64,000 nt of DNA from a virus (taxonomy: Duplodnaviria > Caudoviricetes), in IMG/VR virus record IMGVR_UViG_3300011226_000001, positions 96,001 through 160,000 of that record. One strand, 5' to 3'. A program made the translations under genes and the position numbers. The notes below the pieces were generated by a model. It made no database searches. It was not told the DNA's origin and saw only the letters and a list, made by a program, of their open reading frames with translations. Shown here in pieces: positions 55,551-64,000 of this stretch (within the stretch, counting starts at the first letter, position 1; every line of letters begins with the position of its first letter).

Positions 55551-55916
55551 ATGTGGAAATATGAACAGTCAACAGGTCGCCTGTCTGACAAGAACGATAA
55601 AGTAGTTGCTACTGGTTATGCAGGGAAAGGCGAGCATAAGAACAAGCCTGCTTCTCAAAATATCGTAGGCACTGGTCCTCTACCTCAAGGCCGTTACACA
55701 ATCAACGCACCTCGCACAAGTCAGAAGACTGGGCCTTATGCTATGGACCTGACTCCTGCAAAAGAGAACGTGATGTTCGGTCGCTCTGCATTCCAGATGC
55801 ACGGCGATAGCATCAAAGCACCGGGTACTGCATCAAGCGGTTGCATCATCATGCCTCGCAACATTCGTGAACTAGTTTGGAACTCTGGTGACCATGAACT
55901 TGAAGTAGTGGTATAA
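55551..55916 (+). CDS. Tlde1/DUF2778-like L,D-transpeptidase-fold protein
   Basis: GYAG, GPLPQGRY, GRSAFQMHGD and SSGCI (H..C catalytic pair). Confidence 0.82.
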   Translation: MWKYEQSTGRLSDKNDKVVATGYAGKGEHKNKPASQNIVGTGPLPQGRYTINAPRTSQKTGPYAMDLTPAKENVMFGRSAFQMHGDSIKAPGTASSGCIIMPRNIRELVWNSGDHELEVVV

Positions 55917-55956
55917 CAGTAGGCGGTGCACAAAGATGTGCCACTAGGAGATTGCT

Positions 55957-56886
55957 ATGCAACTTATTTTGAAGCCAACACTGGTACTTAAAGATCATGA
56001 GATTGCTTTCTTTGATACATCGAAAGAAGCCTTCGTATCTAACAGTACGCTTACCGGAATGCTTAGACTCAATCTAAGAAACGCCAGAGCGTTCATGGGC
56101 CAAGATTCATTTCTTAATCCTATACGAGGCAAGCACGCCAATGGTAACTATTACCTGGCGTGTCTGCGTTACTTGTTCTATGGTTACAGTAATAGCCAAG
56201 ACAAGAGATACTTTTACCAGCACTTCATTGCGGCGACCCAGACTACAGCAAACAAGACTCGTGGCCCATGGACGTCCTATGCTGCGACTGATGGTACTGT
56301 GGTGACGTCCGCATATAGATACAATAACGGTTACAACGCGATGGTCCCGTTCCCTACTGATTTCTCTCAGCGTGGTCTAACGGTTACTATGTCTTGGCCG
56401 CAAGCGAACTTCTATAACTCGCTGTCTGTTAGTGTGAGTCTGACTTACCTGCAACTGTACTCTTATCTGATTCGACCGCCGACCTATAATAGCATGACGC
56501 TAGCCTATGCGTACAACTCGCAGACGCCTATGACAATTAGAGAGGGCCGCACCTCAGACTATCTGACGCCTACAGCCACTGTGTCAATAACTCCTGATGC
56601 AGAGTACATCAATGCCTTAGGAGAAACAGATTTCCGTTCGGCACAGACAGGTTATGTGTCTGCGCGTGAGTCACGCAATGATGGCCTGCATTATCTAAAA
56701 GATGCTAGCGGCACCTACATTGCTGATTTACCTACAGAGACTGTGGATATAGATTTGGGCCTGATATACCTAGATGATAACAATCTGATGAAGCTGAACA
56801 AGAGTGATTGGTCTGCACTTGCTCCTGTTGTACCTGGCTCACGACCACAGTTGAATCTGCAACTTAACAGGACGATTGATCTGTAA
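55957..56886 (+). CDS. Fibre/appendage-like protein, paralogue 3
   Basis: AFFDTSK..NARAFMG..LNPIRGK; VVPGSRP. Confidence 0.65.
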   Translation: MQLILKPTLVLKDHEIAFFDTSKEAFVSNSTLTGMLRLNLRNARAFMGQDSFLNPIRGKHANGNYYLACLRYLFYGYSNSQDKRYFYQHFIAATQTTANKTRGPWTSYAATDGTVVTSAYRYNNGYNAMVPFPTDFSQRGLTVTMSWPQANFYNSLSVSVSLTYLQLYSYLIRPPTYNSMTLAYAYNSQTPMTIREGRTSDYLTPTATVSITPDAEYINALGETDFRSAQTGYVSARESRNDGLHYLKDASGTYIADLPTETVDIDLGLIYLDDNNLMKLNKSDWSALAPVVPGSRPQLNLQLNRTIDL

Positions 56887-56895
56887 ATAGCGTGA

Positions 56896-57402
56896 ATGGA
56901 AAAGATATCCTTTACTGGCCATCGCCCACAGTCGCTCGGTGGATTCGGCCCTGAGGCAAAACACCGCCTGTATAAATTCGCGCATCGTAAAATGCTCACA
57001 ATCGACTGTGATGCAATCATCTATGTTGGTTGTGCTCTGGGTTTTGACATGGCCATTGCTACTGCTGCAATCGAGCAGGGCCATAAAGTTGTTTCCTGTC
57101 TACCTTATCCTGGATTCAATTCACGCTGGCCTATTAGTAGCGTGTTTGAACTTGACGGCCTTCTTAATAAAAGTCATGAAGTAAGAATAGTCACATCAAA
57201 AGAAGATTGGCTGCACATGGACGGTCAGGCGGGATTCGCGTTGAACAAACGCAATCACTATATGGTCGATGAAACTGATCGACTCATATCATTATGCTGC
57301 GGTGCTCCATCAGGTACGCAGAACTGTATCGACTATGCGCTCAGGCAAAACAAGCCTGTGACATACTGGTGGAAGGACTGGCTGCGATTTAACAGGAAGT
57401 AG
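56896..57402 (+). CDS. SLOG-family protein (YspA/DUF1273-like)
   Basis: SFTGHRP, GCALGFD, RNHYMVD and SGT..CIDYA. Confidence 0.82.
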   Translation: MEKISFTGHRPQSLGGFGPEAKHRLYKFAHRKMLTIDCDAIIYVGCALGFDMAIATAAIEQGHKVVSCLPYPGFNSRWPISSVFELDGLLNKSHEVRIVTSKEDWLHMDGQAGFALNKRNHYMVDETDRLISLCCGAPSGTQNCIDYALRQNKPVTYWWKDWLRFNRK

Positions 57403-57405
57403 CCT

Positions 57406-58161
57406 ATGCAATATCATGTTTCCAATTACGGTGTGTTCAGCCTACAGTGCGCTCAGGTGTACGCATTCGACCAGAACACATCACTACAAGCAGCTTCTGC
57501 TGTTAGTGCTGTATATAAAGCGCTGTTCACATTAGGCCTTAACGGTCAAGCTAATACTGTATCGGGTGTGCTGTCCGGTAAGCGATACGCATCTAACCTC
57601 AAGTGGGCATATAGTGCGATGCCGACAACTGATGACCAGTTTCATATAGGCACTACGGTCAGTTCTGGCTGTTCTCGTGGTGACTCTGCAAACAATCTTG
57701 ACTGGTCTGCGAACAACACTGTGTTCATCTCAGACAGTACAGGCAACAAGTCTTGGTCATATGGCACATGCTATGTGACCACTGGCCTTCATTCACCCGC
57801 GCTGACCGCTACTGTACTGCTGCGAAATGAAGTAGGTACAGGCTACAACGTTACTCGTACAGGACGTGTTAGTTTCAACTCATACCTTGTCAACACTGCT
57901 GCGCAATTTAAATACATTCGTGGTACATCAACAACCGTCGATGCCAGTTCGTATAGTTATTCCATCATCAACGGTTCCTCTGATATGCGTATGTTCGCTG
58001 ATACTACTGAGGAAGATGTTGTTGTGCCTGTCGATAAATACGAGTGCATTCAGAACGGCAAGCTGTTCCGCTTCAAGCCCGAAGAACTCAACTTCGGTCA
58101 ACTCGTACCCGGCACACGACCTAAGGTTCAGACCTTCTTGACCGCCAAGTTTGACCTTTGA
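57406..58161 (+). CDS. Fibre/appendage-like protein, paralogue 4 (divergent)
   Basis: YAFDQN; C-terminal QLVPGTRP. Confidence 0.6.
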   Translation: MQYHVSNYGVFSLQCAQVYAFDQNTSLQAASAVSAVYKALFTLGLNGQANTVSGVLSGKRYASNLKWAYSAMPTTDDQFHIGTTVSSGCSRGDSANNLDWSANNTVFISDSTGNKSWSYGTCYVTTGLHSPALTATVLLRNEVGTGYNVTRTGRVSFNSYLVNTAAQFKYIRGTSTTVDASSYSYSIINGSSDMRMFADTTEEDVVVPVDKYECIQNGKLFRFKPEELNFGQLVPGTRPKVQTFLTAKFDL

Positions 58162-58201
58162 TTCTGTAAATAGCAGTCAAAGAAACCTGTGGACTGTAGT
58201 G

Positions 58202-59275
58202 ATGAAAAAGAAAAAAGTATCTGAGATCTTAGAAGCGATTACGACCTCTGACTGGCACTTCGAAGGTCTGTCGAATCACTTCCCTACTGATCACGTTGAT
58301 CGCCAGCTTGAAACAATTGACCGCATCTATCAGTATGCAGTTGAGCACGGGATTCGTCACGTTATCGTTCCAGGCGATATCACCGATAAGTTTAAGATGG
58401 AGGACGAGACTAAGCGCAAGCTGCTCCAGTTCTTCCTCAAGTACGAGGGTGTTGTTGAAACGTGGTACTGTGGTGGCAACCACGACTGGGCAGACATGAC
58501 CTCCACCAGCATGGACTTGATTAAGACGTTCTGTGAATGGGACTTCCTCAAGTCGCTGCACATCTACCTAAGACCTGAGCAGGTAGAGATTGATGGTGTT
58601 GTCGTTAACTTCCTGCCTCACCCTGCAAAGGAAAGCATTAAGCATAAGAAGCCGTGTCTGAACTTCTGTCACGTAGAAGCTATCGGTGCGCTCGGTGATA
58701 ATGGGCGACCGCTTAAAGCGAAGAAAGATATCAAAGTTGATCCACGCGATTACACCATCAGTGGGCACATCCACCTGTATCAGGTACTTGAGGCAAAGCG
58801 CTTCACGTACTGTGGTTCACCGTACCAAAAAACGTTTGGGGAAGCACTGCCGAAAGGGTTCCTTCACATTCGTGCGTTCTACAAGAAGGGCGAGCTGATT
58901 GTCCAACAGAAGTTTATCGACAGCAAACCCGGATTCCGGTTAGAGACAGTTGCAATAGAGAATCAGAAAGACTGGTCACGTCTGGTAGTAAACCCTGCGA
59001 TTAGATACCGTGTTATTGTTAAAGATACCGTTTCTATTCCGGCAGATATCCGTACTCGCGTCCCGAATATTTCTCAAATAAATTCCACGAATAAACGTGT
59101 GGATCTCGATAATATAGATACAGTCGATGTTAGCGAGTTAGCGCTCGCGGATATTGATCCACGCGATGGCCTTAAGGAATACCTCAAGGCTTCGGGAATT
59201 AAAAAGTCCTTGCGGGTTAGCGCTCGGAAGGAACTTAACGCGGTGTTATCTGAAATAGGGTATACTGCTATGTAA
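58202..59275 (+). CDS. sbcD: SbcD/Mre11 (gp47-like) metallophosphoesterase nuclease
   Basis: SDWH, GDITD, GNHD, GHIH and YCGSP; start MKKKK downstream of CTGTAAATA. Confidence 0.88.
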   Translation: MKKKKVSEILEAITTSDWHFEGLSNHFPTDHVDRQLETIDRIYQYAVEHGIRHVIVPGDITDKFKMEDETKRKLLQFFLKYEGVVETWYCGGNHDWADMTSTSMDLIKTFCEWDFLKSLHIYLRPEQVEIDGVVVNFLPHPAKESIKHKKPCLNFCHVEAIGALGDNGRPLKAKKDIKVDPRDYTISGHIHLYQVLEAKRFTYCGSPYQKTFGEALPKGFLHIRAFYKKGELIVQQKFIDSKPGFRLETVAIENQKDWSRLVVNPAIRYRVIVKDTVSIPADIRTRVPNISQINSTNKRVDLDNIDTVDVSELALADIDPRDGLKEYLKASGIKKSLRVSARKELNAVLSEIGYTAM

Positions 59276-59391
59276 AAAGATTTAGGAAATTTCCTGATAA
59301 AAGTTTCAGGGATTATACTAATTTTTACATGCTGATTTCAAAACTTAATGTCCACAGGACGAAAGTTCAATTGTAACTTGAGGATATAACC

Positions 59392-60063
59392 ATGGCCGTA
59401 AAACGCAAACTGACCTCCCCGACCGACCCAGTTAAAGGCGGTTCTAAAGCTAAGAAAGCTGGTACCAAGAAAGCATCTGGTGCCAAGAAAGCTACCACCA
59501 AAAAAGCTAAAGCGCCTAAGGCTGCCAAAGCTAAAGCTCCTAAAACTGCAAAGGCTAAAAAGCCTGCTGCAAAGAAAACCGCTTCTGAGAAGAAGTTCGA
59601 CAACGAGCGTTCTACTCACCTGCGTAAGCAGGCTAAGAAAGCGAAAGGCAAAAGCATCGAGCAACGTCTGAAAGAGCGTCTGGCTAAATACCAGGCCGGT
59701 CTGAAAACCACCGCTAAATCTCAGGCGCAGGTTCGTAAGCTGCTGCTGAAACGTCAGACCATCGCTCTGAGCAACCTGAAAGCGAAACAGAAAGCTGGCT
59801 ACAGCAACCTGATCGCGAAACAGAAAGCTCGTCTGGCCGCGCGTAAAGCACGTAAGCCGATGATCAAAAACGGTAAGCTGGTAACTCCGAAGGTTCAGCC
59901 GAAAGCTGTTACCCTGAAGAAGCCTAAGCTGAAACCACTGCCGCGCCTGAAAAAGGGTAAAGAGACTACCCAGAAGCAGGTTCATCACACCGGCACCGCA
60001 GCACAGAAAGCCGGCGCGAAGAAAGCAGCTAAGACCAAGAAAACTGGTAAAGTAAGCGTTTAA
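59392..60063 (+). CDS. Histone-H1-like Lys/Ala-rich DNA-binding protein
   Basis: KKA/KAP repeats and very high Lys content; CTAATTTT upstream; own terminator. Confidence 0.72.
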   Translation: MAVKRKLTSPTDPVKGGSKAKKAGTKKASGAKKATTKKAKAPKAAKAKAPKTAKAKKPAAKKTASEKKFDNERSTHLRKQAKKAKGKSIEQRLKERLAKYQAGLKTTAKSQAQVRKLLLKRQTIALSNLKAKQKAGYSNLIAKQKARLAARKARKPMIKNGKLVTPKVQPKAVTLKKPKLKPLPRLKKGKETTQKQVHHTGTAAQKAGAKKAAKTKKTGKVSV

Positions 60064-60093
60064 TCGACCTGGTCGGTAAGACAATTACGAAAC

Positions 60094-60123
60094 AAAAAGG
60101 GGTGGCTTCGGCTGCCCCTTTTT
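60094..60123 (+). terminator. Intrinsic terminator
   Basis: AGGGGTGGC-TTCG-GCTGCCCCT followed by TTT. Confidence 0.78.
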
Positions 60124-60235
60124 GTATTCTAGCGTCCTAAATTTGTAAAGTCAGTACGCACACTATATCGAACAAAACACGCCTTAGTCGCTAATTTTCA
60201 CTCGATATGATTACTAGACCCAGTAGAGGATGATC

Positions 60236-61519
60236 ATGGCTAAGACTGCCAAAAACAATGAAGTTAGCAGTATCAGCGCATCTGTTGACTATAGCTCTGG
60301 GAACATGGCTGCCCTGCGTGGTGCACGTACAGCGAAAGAGTTCCGTAACGTACTCGACCGTGTAGTTGCAACTGCACAAAGCGTCACTATCCCTAAGCAC
60401 CTTCTGTCTGTCAGCGCTAAAGCTATTGAGCTGTCCGATATCGAAGGCGGTATCAAAGGCAAGCAGACAAAGACGATTGACTTGAATCAGGTTATCGACC
60501 TGTCTAAGATTGATATCACCGATGTACGCAACAAAGCGCAGTACAACAATCAGGTGAGTCAACTCAGTCAGGCAATCGGCGAACTGTCCGTTGCGTATCA
60601 GATTCTCAGCAGCAAAACTTTCAGCGCGTTCAAAGACCAAAGCGCAGCCGCTAAGTCTCTGTTGAGCGTTATCGCACAAGCGAAAGACCAGCAGAACAAA
60701 CTGGTTAAACTTATGAGCATCGACGTTAAGAACGGCGCTCCTAAAGAACACACCAAGCTGGCCGCAACCATCGCTAACTACCTGTCGAAGATTCTGAATA
60801 AAGAAGACTATTCGAAGATTCGTACTCGTACTTTCATCGCGTCCGGCACTGACCCGATTTGCTTCCAGACCTATGTGTTCATCGACAACTTCGTGAACTC
60901 AGACGGTATGCACTACCCGAACTATGCTCTTGTACTGTCTACCACGATCGCGGTCGCAAGCGGTATCAGCGAAAACTTCCTGACGTCACTCGTTGACGAG
61001 AAAGTCCCTGGCTCATTCCCTATGGGTCGTCAGATTGCTACTGCTCCAGAGATGAAGCGTACCATCAACCACCTGATGGCTCTCGACGGATTCTTGAACT
61101 ACAGTGAGCGTAAGCCAATCAACCGTTCTACGCAGAACCTGCGTGACACGACGATGCTGGGTAATGCGCAGCACACCATTCGCGGTCGTAAGAAAGAAAT
61201 CTTCGACAACGTGCGTGTGCAGAACGACAGCCTGTATGTTCGCCTCGTTCCGGGTCTTAGCCCGACTGAGAAGAAAGAAGCTGTTACGGAAATTCTGGGC
61301 ATGGCATCTACCGCACTTCGCGCTGGCCGCGGCGGTAAGAACAGCATCGTGCATCAGATGGTGAATGGCCGTAATGGCCGTGAGTTCGTTAAAGTCTCAC
61401 TGACTGGTAGCGGCGGCACTGCTAAAGGCGTCCTGACTCTGCGTAAGATCGACGAGATTGCAGACGTTATGGGTCTGAACCCGCAACAGAAACGCCTGCT
61501 GAAACAGTCTGTTAAGTAA
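60236..61519 (+). CDS. Putative virion structural protein
   Basis: CTAATTTT upstream; first gene of a late-looking operon. Confidence 0.62.
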   Translation: MAKTAKNNEVSSISASVDYSSGNMAALRGARTAKEFRNVLDRVVATAQSVTIPKHLLSVSAKAIELSDIEGGIKGKQTKTIDLNQVIDLSKIDITDVRNKAQYNNQVSQLSQAIGELSVAYQILSSKTFSAFKDQSAAAKSLLSVIAQAKDQQNKLVKLMSIDVKNGAPKEHTKLAATIANYLSKILNKEDYSKIRTRTFIASGTDPICFQTYVFIDNFVNSDGMHYPNYALVLSTTIAVASGISENFLTSLVDEKVPGSFPMGRQIATAPEMKRTINHLMALDGFLNYSERKPINRSTQNLRDTTMLGNAQHTIRGRKKEIFDNVRVQNDSLYVRLVPGLSPTEKKEAVTEILGMASTALRAGRGGKNSIVHQMVNGRNGREFVKVSLTGSGGTAKGVLTLRKIDEIADVMGLNPQQKRLLKQSVK

Positions 61520-62625
61520 TGGCGTTAACGCACTTCAAGGTAGATCGCACATTCAAGGAGAACACGTATAGCGGGCAGTATCGTCCGAATCAAATGCGTA
61601 ACGCTTCTCCGTATGTGCTCGATACTATCGTTCGTCAAGTTCTCGGTTATTTGATTGAAGCGCAGATGCCTTTCACCAAGGCTCTGAACTTCACTCTGGT
61701 GAACGTGTTTAGCACTGACAACAATATGTCGATGGGTTACTCGAATCGTCCTGATGATTCAGTGATCATGATTGACAGTGGCATTGCTTTCACGTTCTGC
61801 CTGAAATCTCGCGCTAACCGTATTCTCCCTCAGCCTATGACTCAGCTTGGCCGTGGGCGCTACTGGCGACTGTGGGGAACTGAGAACAATAACGAATACA
61901 TCACTATCGGTCTTCCTCGTTCAGTTATCTTCGGACTGAACGGTAACGGTGTTGAGATGCTGAACGTTGTGTACAACACTATTGGTGCTGTCACTCGCAA
62001 CTACGTCCAGCTTGTATCAAGTTCTAACCTTGGGCCTTCGCAGAGCGCTCGCGATCTTGCATCGCAGGCGAACCTTGTGAAAGACCTGTCTGTGTCGAAC
62101 CTGATGCGTACAGTGCCTTACGATGAATGGCACTTCAACATCAACATCTGGAAAGACTACTCGGAGATGCTTATCCCCGACGTGATGCGTAAAGACTTTC
62201 CTCTTTACTTCTGTATCTTCATCCTGCCCGGCCTGTACTTGCCAAATGTAGGTAAGTTCGGCACGGAGTTCATCGAGAAGACTGTGGTTGATTTCGTTGC
62301 GAGAGGCTTGACGAAGATTGCTGCTTCGCTGGCGTCGCCTATCATCGATCAGAGTCCTGAGTTGCTTGCTGCACTCTACTTGCTGTTAACTCCGACGCAG
62401 GACACAAGCGACATGGAAGCAAGCAACGTTGAGCGAACCAACTTCGTGCGTAGCTATTTCTATAACCTGAGTCAGAACATGCAGAACGTTCCTGAGTATC
62501 AGGCTAAGGTAGTACGCACAGCGAACTCGAACCACGTTGCAATGGCACGAGCGCTTATTGAAGGTGGGTATAACGACCAGCTACGCAATCTGATTGAGTA
62601 TCTGGGACTCACTAAGGCAGACTGA
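61519..62625 (+). CDS. Putative virion structural protein
   Basis: 368 aa, TAATG overlap. Confidence 0.62.
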   Translation: MALTHFKVDRTFKENTYSGQYRPNQMRNASPYVLDTIVRQVLGYLIEAQMPFTKALNFTLVNVFSTDNNMSMGYSNRPDDSVIMIDSGIAFTFCLKSRANRILPQPMTQLGRGRYWRLWGTENNNEYITIGLPRSVIFGLNGNGVEMLNVVYNTIGAVTRNYVQLVSSSNLGPSQSARDLASQANLVKDLSVSNLMRTVPYDEWHFNINIWKDYSEMLIPDVMRKDFPLYFCIFILPGLYLPNVGKFGTEFIEKTVVDFVARGLTKIAASLASPIIDQSPELLAALYLLLTPTQDTSDMEASNVERTNFVRSYFYNLSQNMQNVPEYQAKVVRTANSNHVAMARALIEGGYNDQLRNLIEYLGLTKAD

Positions 62626-62626
62626 T

Positions 62627-63790
62627 ATGCGCACAACAGAAGGTAACGTACTGGTCCTTGAAGAAAGTTTCTTCGATGATCTAGACCAGCCTGTTTATCC
62701 TCTATCGGATGACATGGGACCTGTCGTAAGTCTCATTGATCCAGAAGACAAATCAGTGCTGGCTCAAGTAGTCGCAACGCCCGGTGAAGTGCCGGGCTAC
62801 TGGACTGCTGATGTTGCAATTCCAAACATGGGGCTGGTGGACGATAAACGTCTGACCGTCAAATGGCGCTATGAGTCCGAAGAAGGAATCATGCAGTCGA
62901 GTCAGGAACTCACCGTTGAGCCACTGACTGAAAACCGTGTGACAGATATCGTGACGCTGTTTGGTGACAACGAAACGTTTGAGATGACGTTGCCGTTTCA
63001 CTTTGACACGCGTGGTGATAAGCTGAGATTCCAGCTCGCACTCAACAACCAAATCGTTGCATCTGATATCGACTCCGGCGATGCGGGTGTGAAGATGATT
63101 GTGAACCGCGCCAAGACCTGTGTGTTTCAAGTGCCTGTGTGGGTTGCGACTCGCCGCCTTGAGCCTATCAGCTTAATCGCACACTACACCTCTGCGACAC
63201 GCAAGACAACTAAGATGCTGACGTATAAGCTGTGGGCAATTACGCCTCAGATTCTTATTGCAGCGTCAATGGTTGAAGACCACATCAACAAAGCTCGCGC
63301 TATGGATGTTATCCCGCAGCTTGAGTACACCCAAGCAGATATCATGAACTATCTGTTCCGTGGTCTGGCGTTGTTCAACACTATCGGCCCGCGTGTTACT
63401 GGATTTAACGGCACGAACATGCAGGGTACTATCCTGAACGGTTGGGTTATCTGTAGCTGCTACTATGCGCTTGCTGCTCAACTACAGGCAGAAGGACAGT
63501 TAGCATTTGACTTCACAGGTCAGGTAGTTAACTTGAACATGGACCGAACACCTTCGATAGAAGCTGCATTAGGCAGACTCGAAACGGAGATTCAAGGTCC
63601 TGTTACGAACTTGAAGAACAAACTGTCTAAGGCCGGAATCAACGACGGTGATGGTTCTCAGGGTTCTGGTGCGATTGACGGTGCTCGCGCACTTGGCAAG
63701 CTCGGCATCACAAACAGCCCAACAACCAAATGGGCTACTGTTGGTAACCGCAGTATCTGGGTCAATGCGCGGTATCGCGTGACAGGCTAA
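62627..63790 (+). CDS. Putative virion protein (possible neck or adaptor)
   Basis: Start MRTTEG at 62627; beta-rich N-half and helical C-half; function inferred. Confidence 0.55.
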   Translation: MRTTEGNVLVLEESFFDDLDQPVYPLSDDMGPVVSLIDPEDKSVLAQVVATPGEVPGYWTADVAIPNMGLVDDKRLTVKWRYESEEGIMQSSQELTVEPLTENRVTDIVTLFGDNETFEMTLPFHFDTRGDKLRFQLALNNQIVASDIDSGDAGVKMIVNRAKTCVFQVPVWVATRRLEPISLIAHYTSATRKTTKMLTYKLWAITPQILIAASMVEDHINKARAMDVIPQLEYTQADIMNYLFRGLALFNTIGPRVTGFNGTNMQGTILNGWVICSCYYALAAQLQAEGQLAFDFTGQVVNLNMDRTPSIEAALGRLETEIQGPVTNLKNKLSKAGINDGDGSQGSGAIDGARALGKLGITNSPTTKWATVGNRSIWVNARYRVTG

Positions 63791-63836
63791 CCCTAAGTTT
63801 ACTAATTTCAATTGTCGAAACATTCAGGAGATGACA

Positions 63837-64000
63837 ATGAAGGCTTTCATCAAACAGATTGACGCGCTTAACGATTCCCAAAGCGTGGCCATCGTGCAAG
63901 TGACTCACAACGTCGGTGAAAACATCGCTGACAACTTCGGCGCTATCGTAAGCGCTTCCTGCAATCGTGAATACATGCCTGTTGAAGGTGCGTCATCCAT
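63837..64000 (+). CDS. Partial late gene (runs off window end)
   Basis: CTAATTT at 63802, AGGAG SD, MKAFIKQID... open to the end. Confidence 0.65.
   Translation, partial: MKAFIKQIDALNDSQSVAIVQVTHNVGENIADNFGAIVSASCNREYMPVEGASS

Noticed and set aside
49595-58161. Diversity-generating retroelement acting on the fibre-like paralogues
   Set aside because: No reverse transcriptase and no near-identical TR/VR nucleotide pair seen in the window.
1-64000. Alternative genetic code or stop-codon reassignment
   Set aside because: Known proteins translate full-length in the standard code, and TAA, TAG and TGA all end tightly tiled genes.

Overview
This 64 kb window is a segment of a large lytic dsDNA (jumbo-type) bacteriophage genome. 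No host genes, rRNA, tRNA or CRISPR array were seen. Genes from 1 to about 33.85 kb are almost all on the minus strand, except a primase island at 28.4-29.65 kb. They include small early genes, a radical SAM protein, Tpt1/KptA, a DUF6939-like protein, an AcrVA2/FinQ-like protein, RecA with an intein, an SSB-like protein, a sigma factor, an Acb1-like 2H phosphoesterase, a Cas4-like nuclease, an Ig-like repeat protein and RuvC. Genes from 33.95 kb to the end are on the plus strand. They include a minimal family-A-polymerase-like protein, a HAD nucleotidase, a DnaX-like clamp loader, SbcC and SbcD, a GH108 endolysin, a Tlde1-like protein, a SLOG protein, an ART-like protein, four fibre-like paralogues, histone-H1-like basic proteins and probable virion proteins. 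Gene content recalls Enterobacterales jumbo myoviruses of the Erwinia Y3 / Dickeya JA-AD1 type; this is from memory and unverified. Main observations: (1) about 11 mostly unrelated proteins share a short N-terminal leader, M-x-I-x-V-S-L-S or M-x-L-I-x..S-[ET]-S-A, suggesting a capsid-targeting or protease-processing system whose cargo includes an ART-like enzyme; (2) three recurrent promoter-like motif classes accompany a phage sigma factor; (3) a roughly 330-nt highly structured non-coding region lies at 41.45-41.79 kb; (4) an SD-in-hairpin module with covariation is repeated before early genes; (5) an exonuclease-less PolA-like gene sits beside an origin-like gap. All calls are by-eye motif recognition; no database searches were run.
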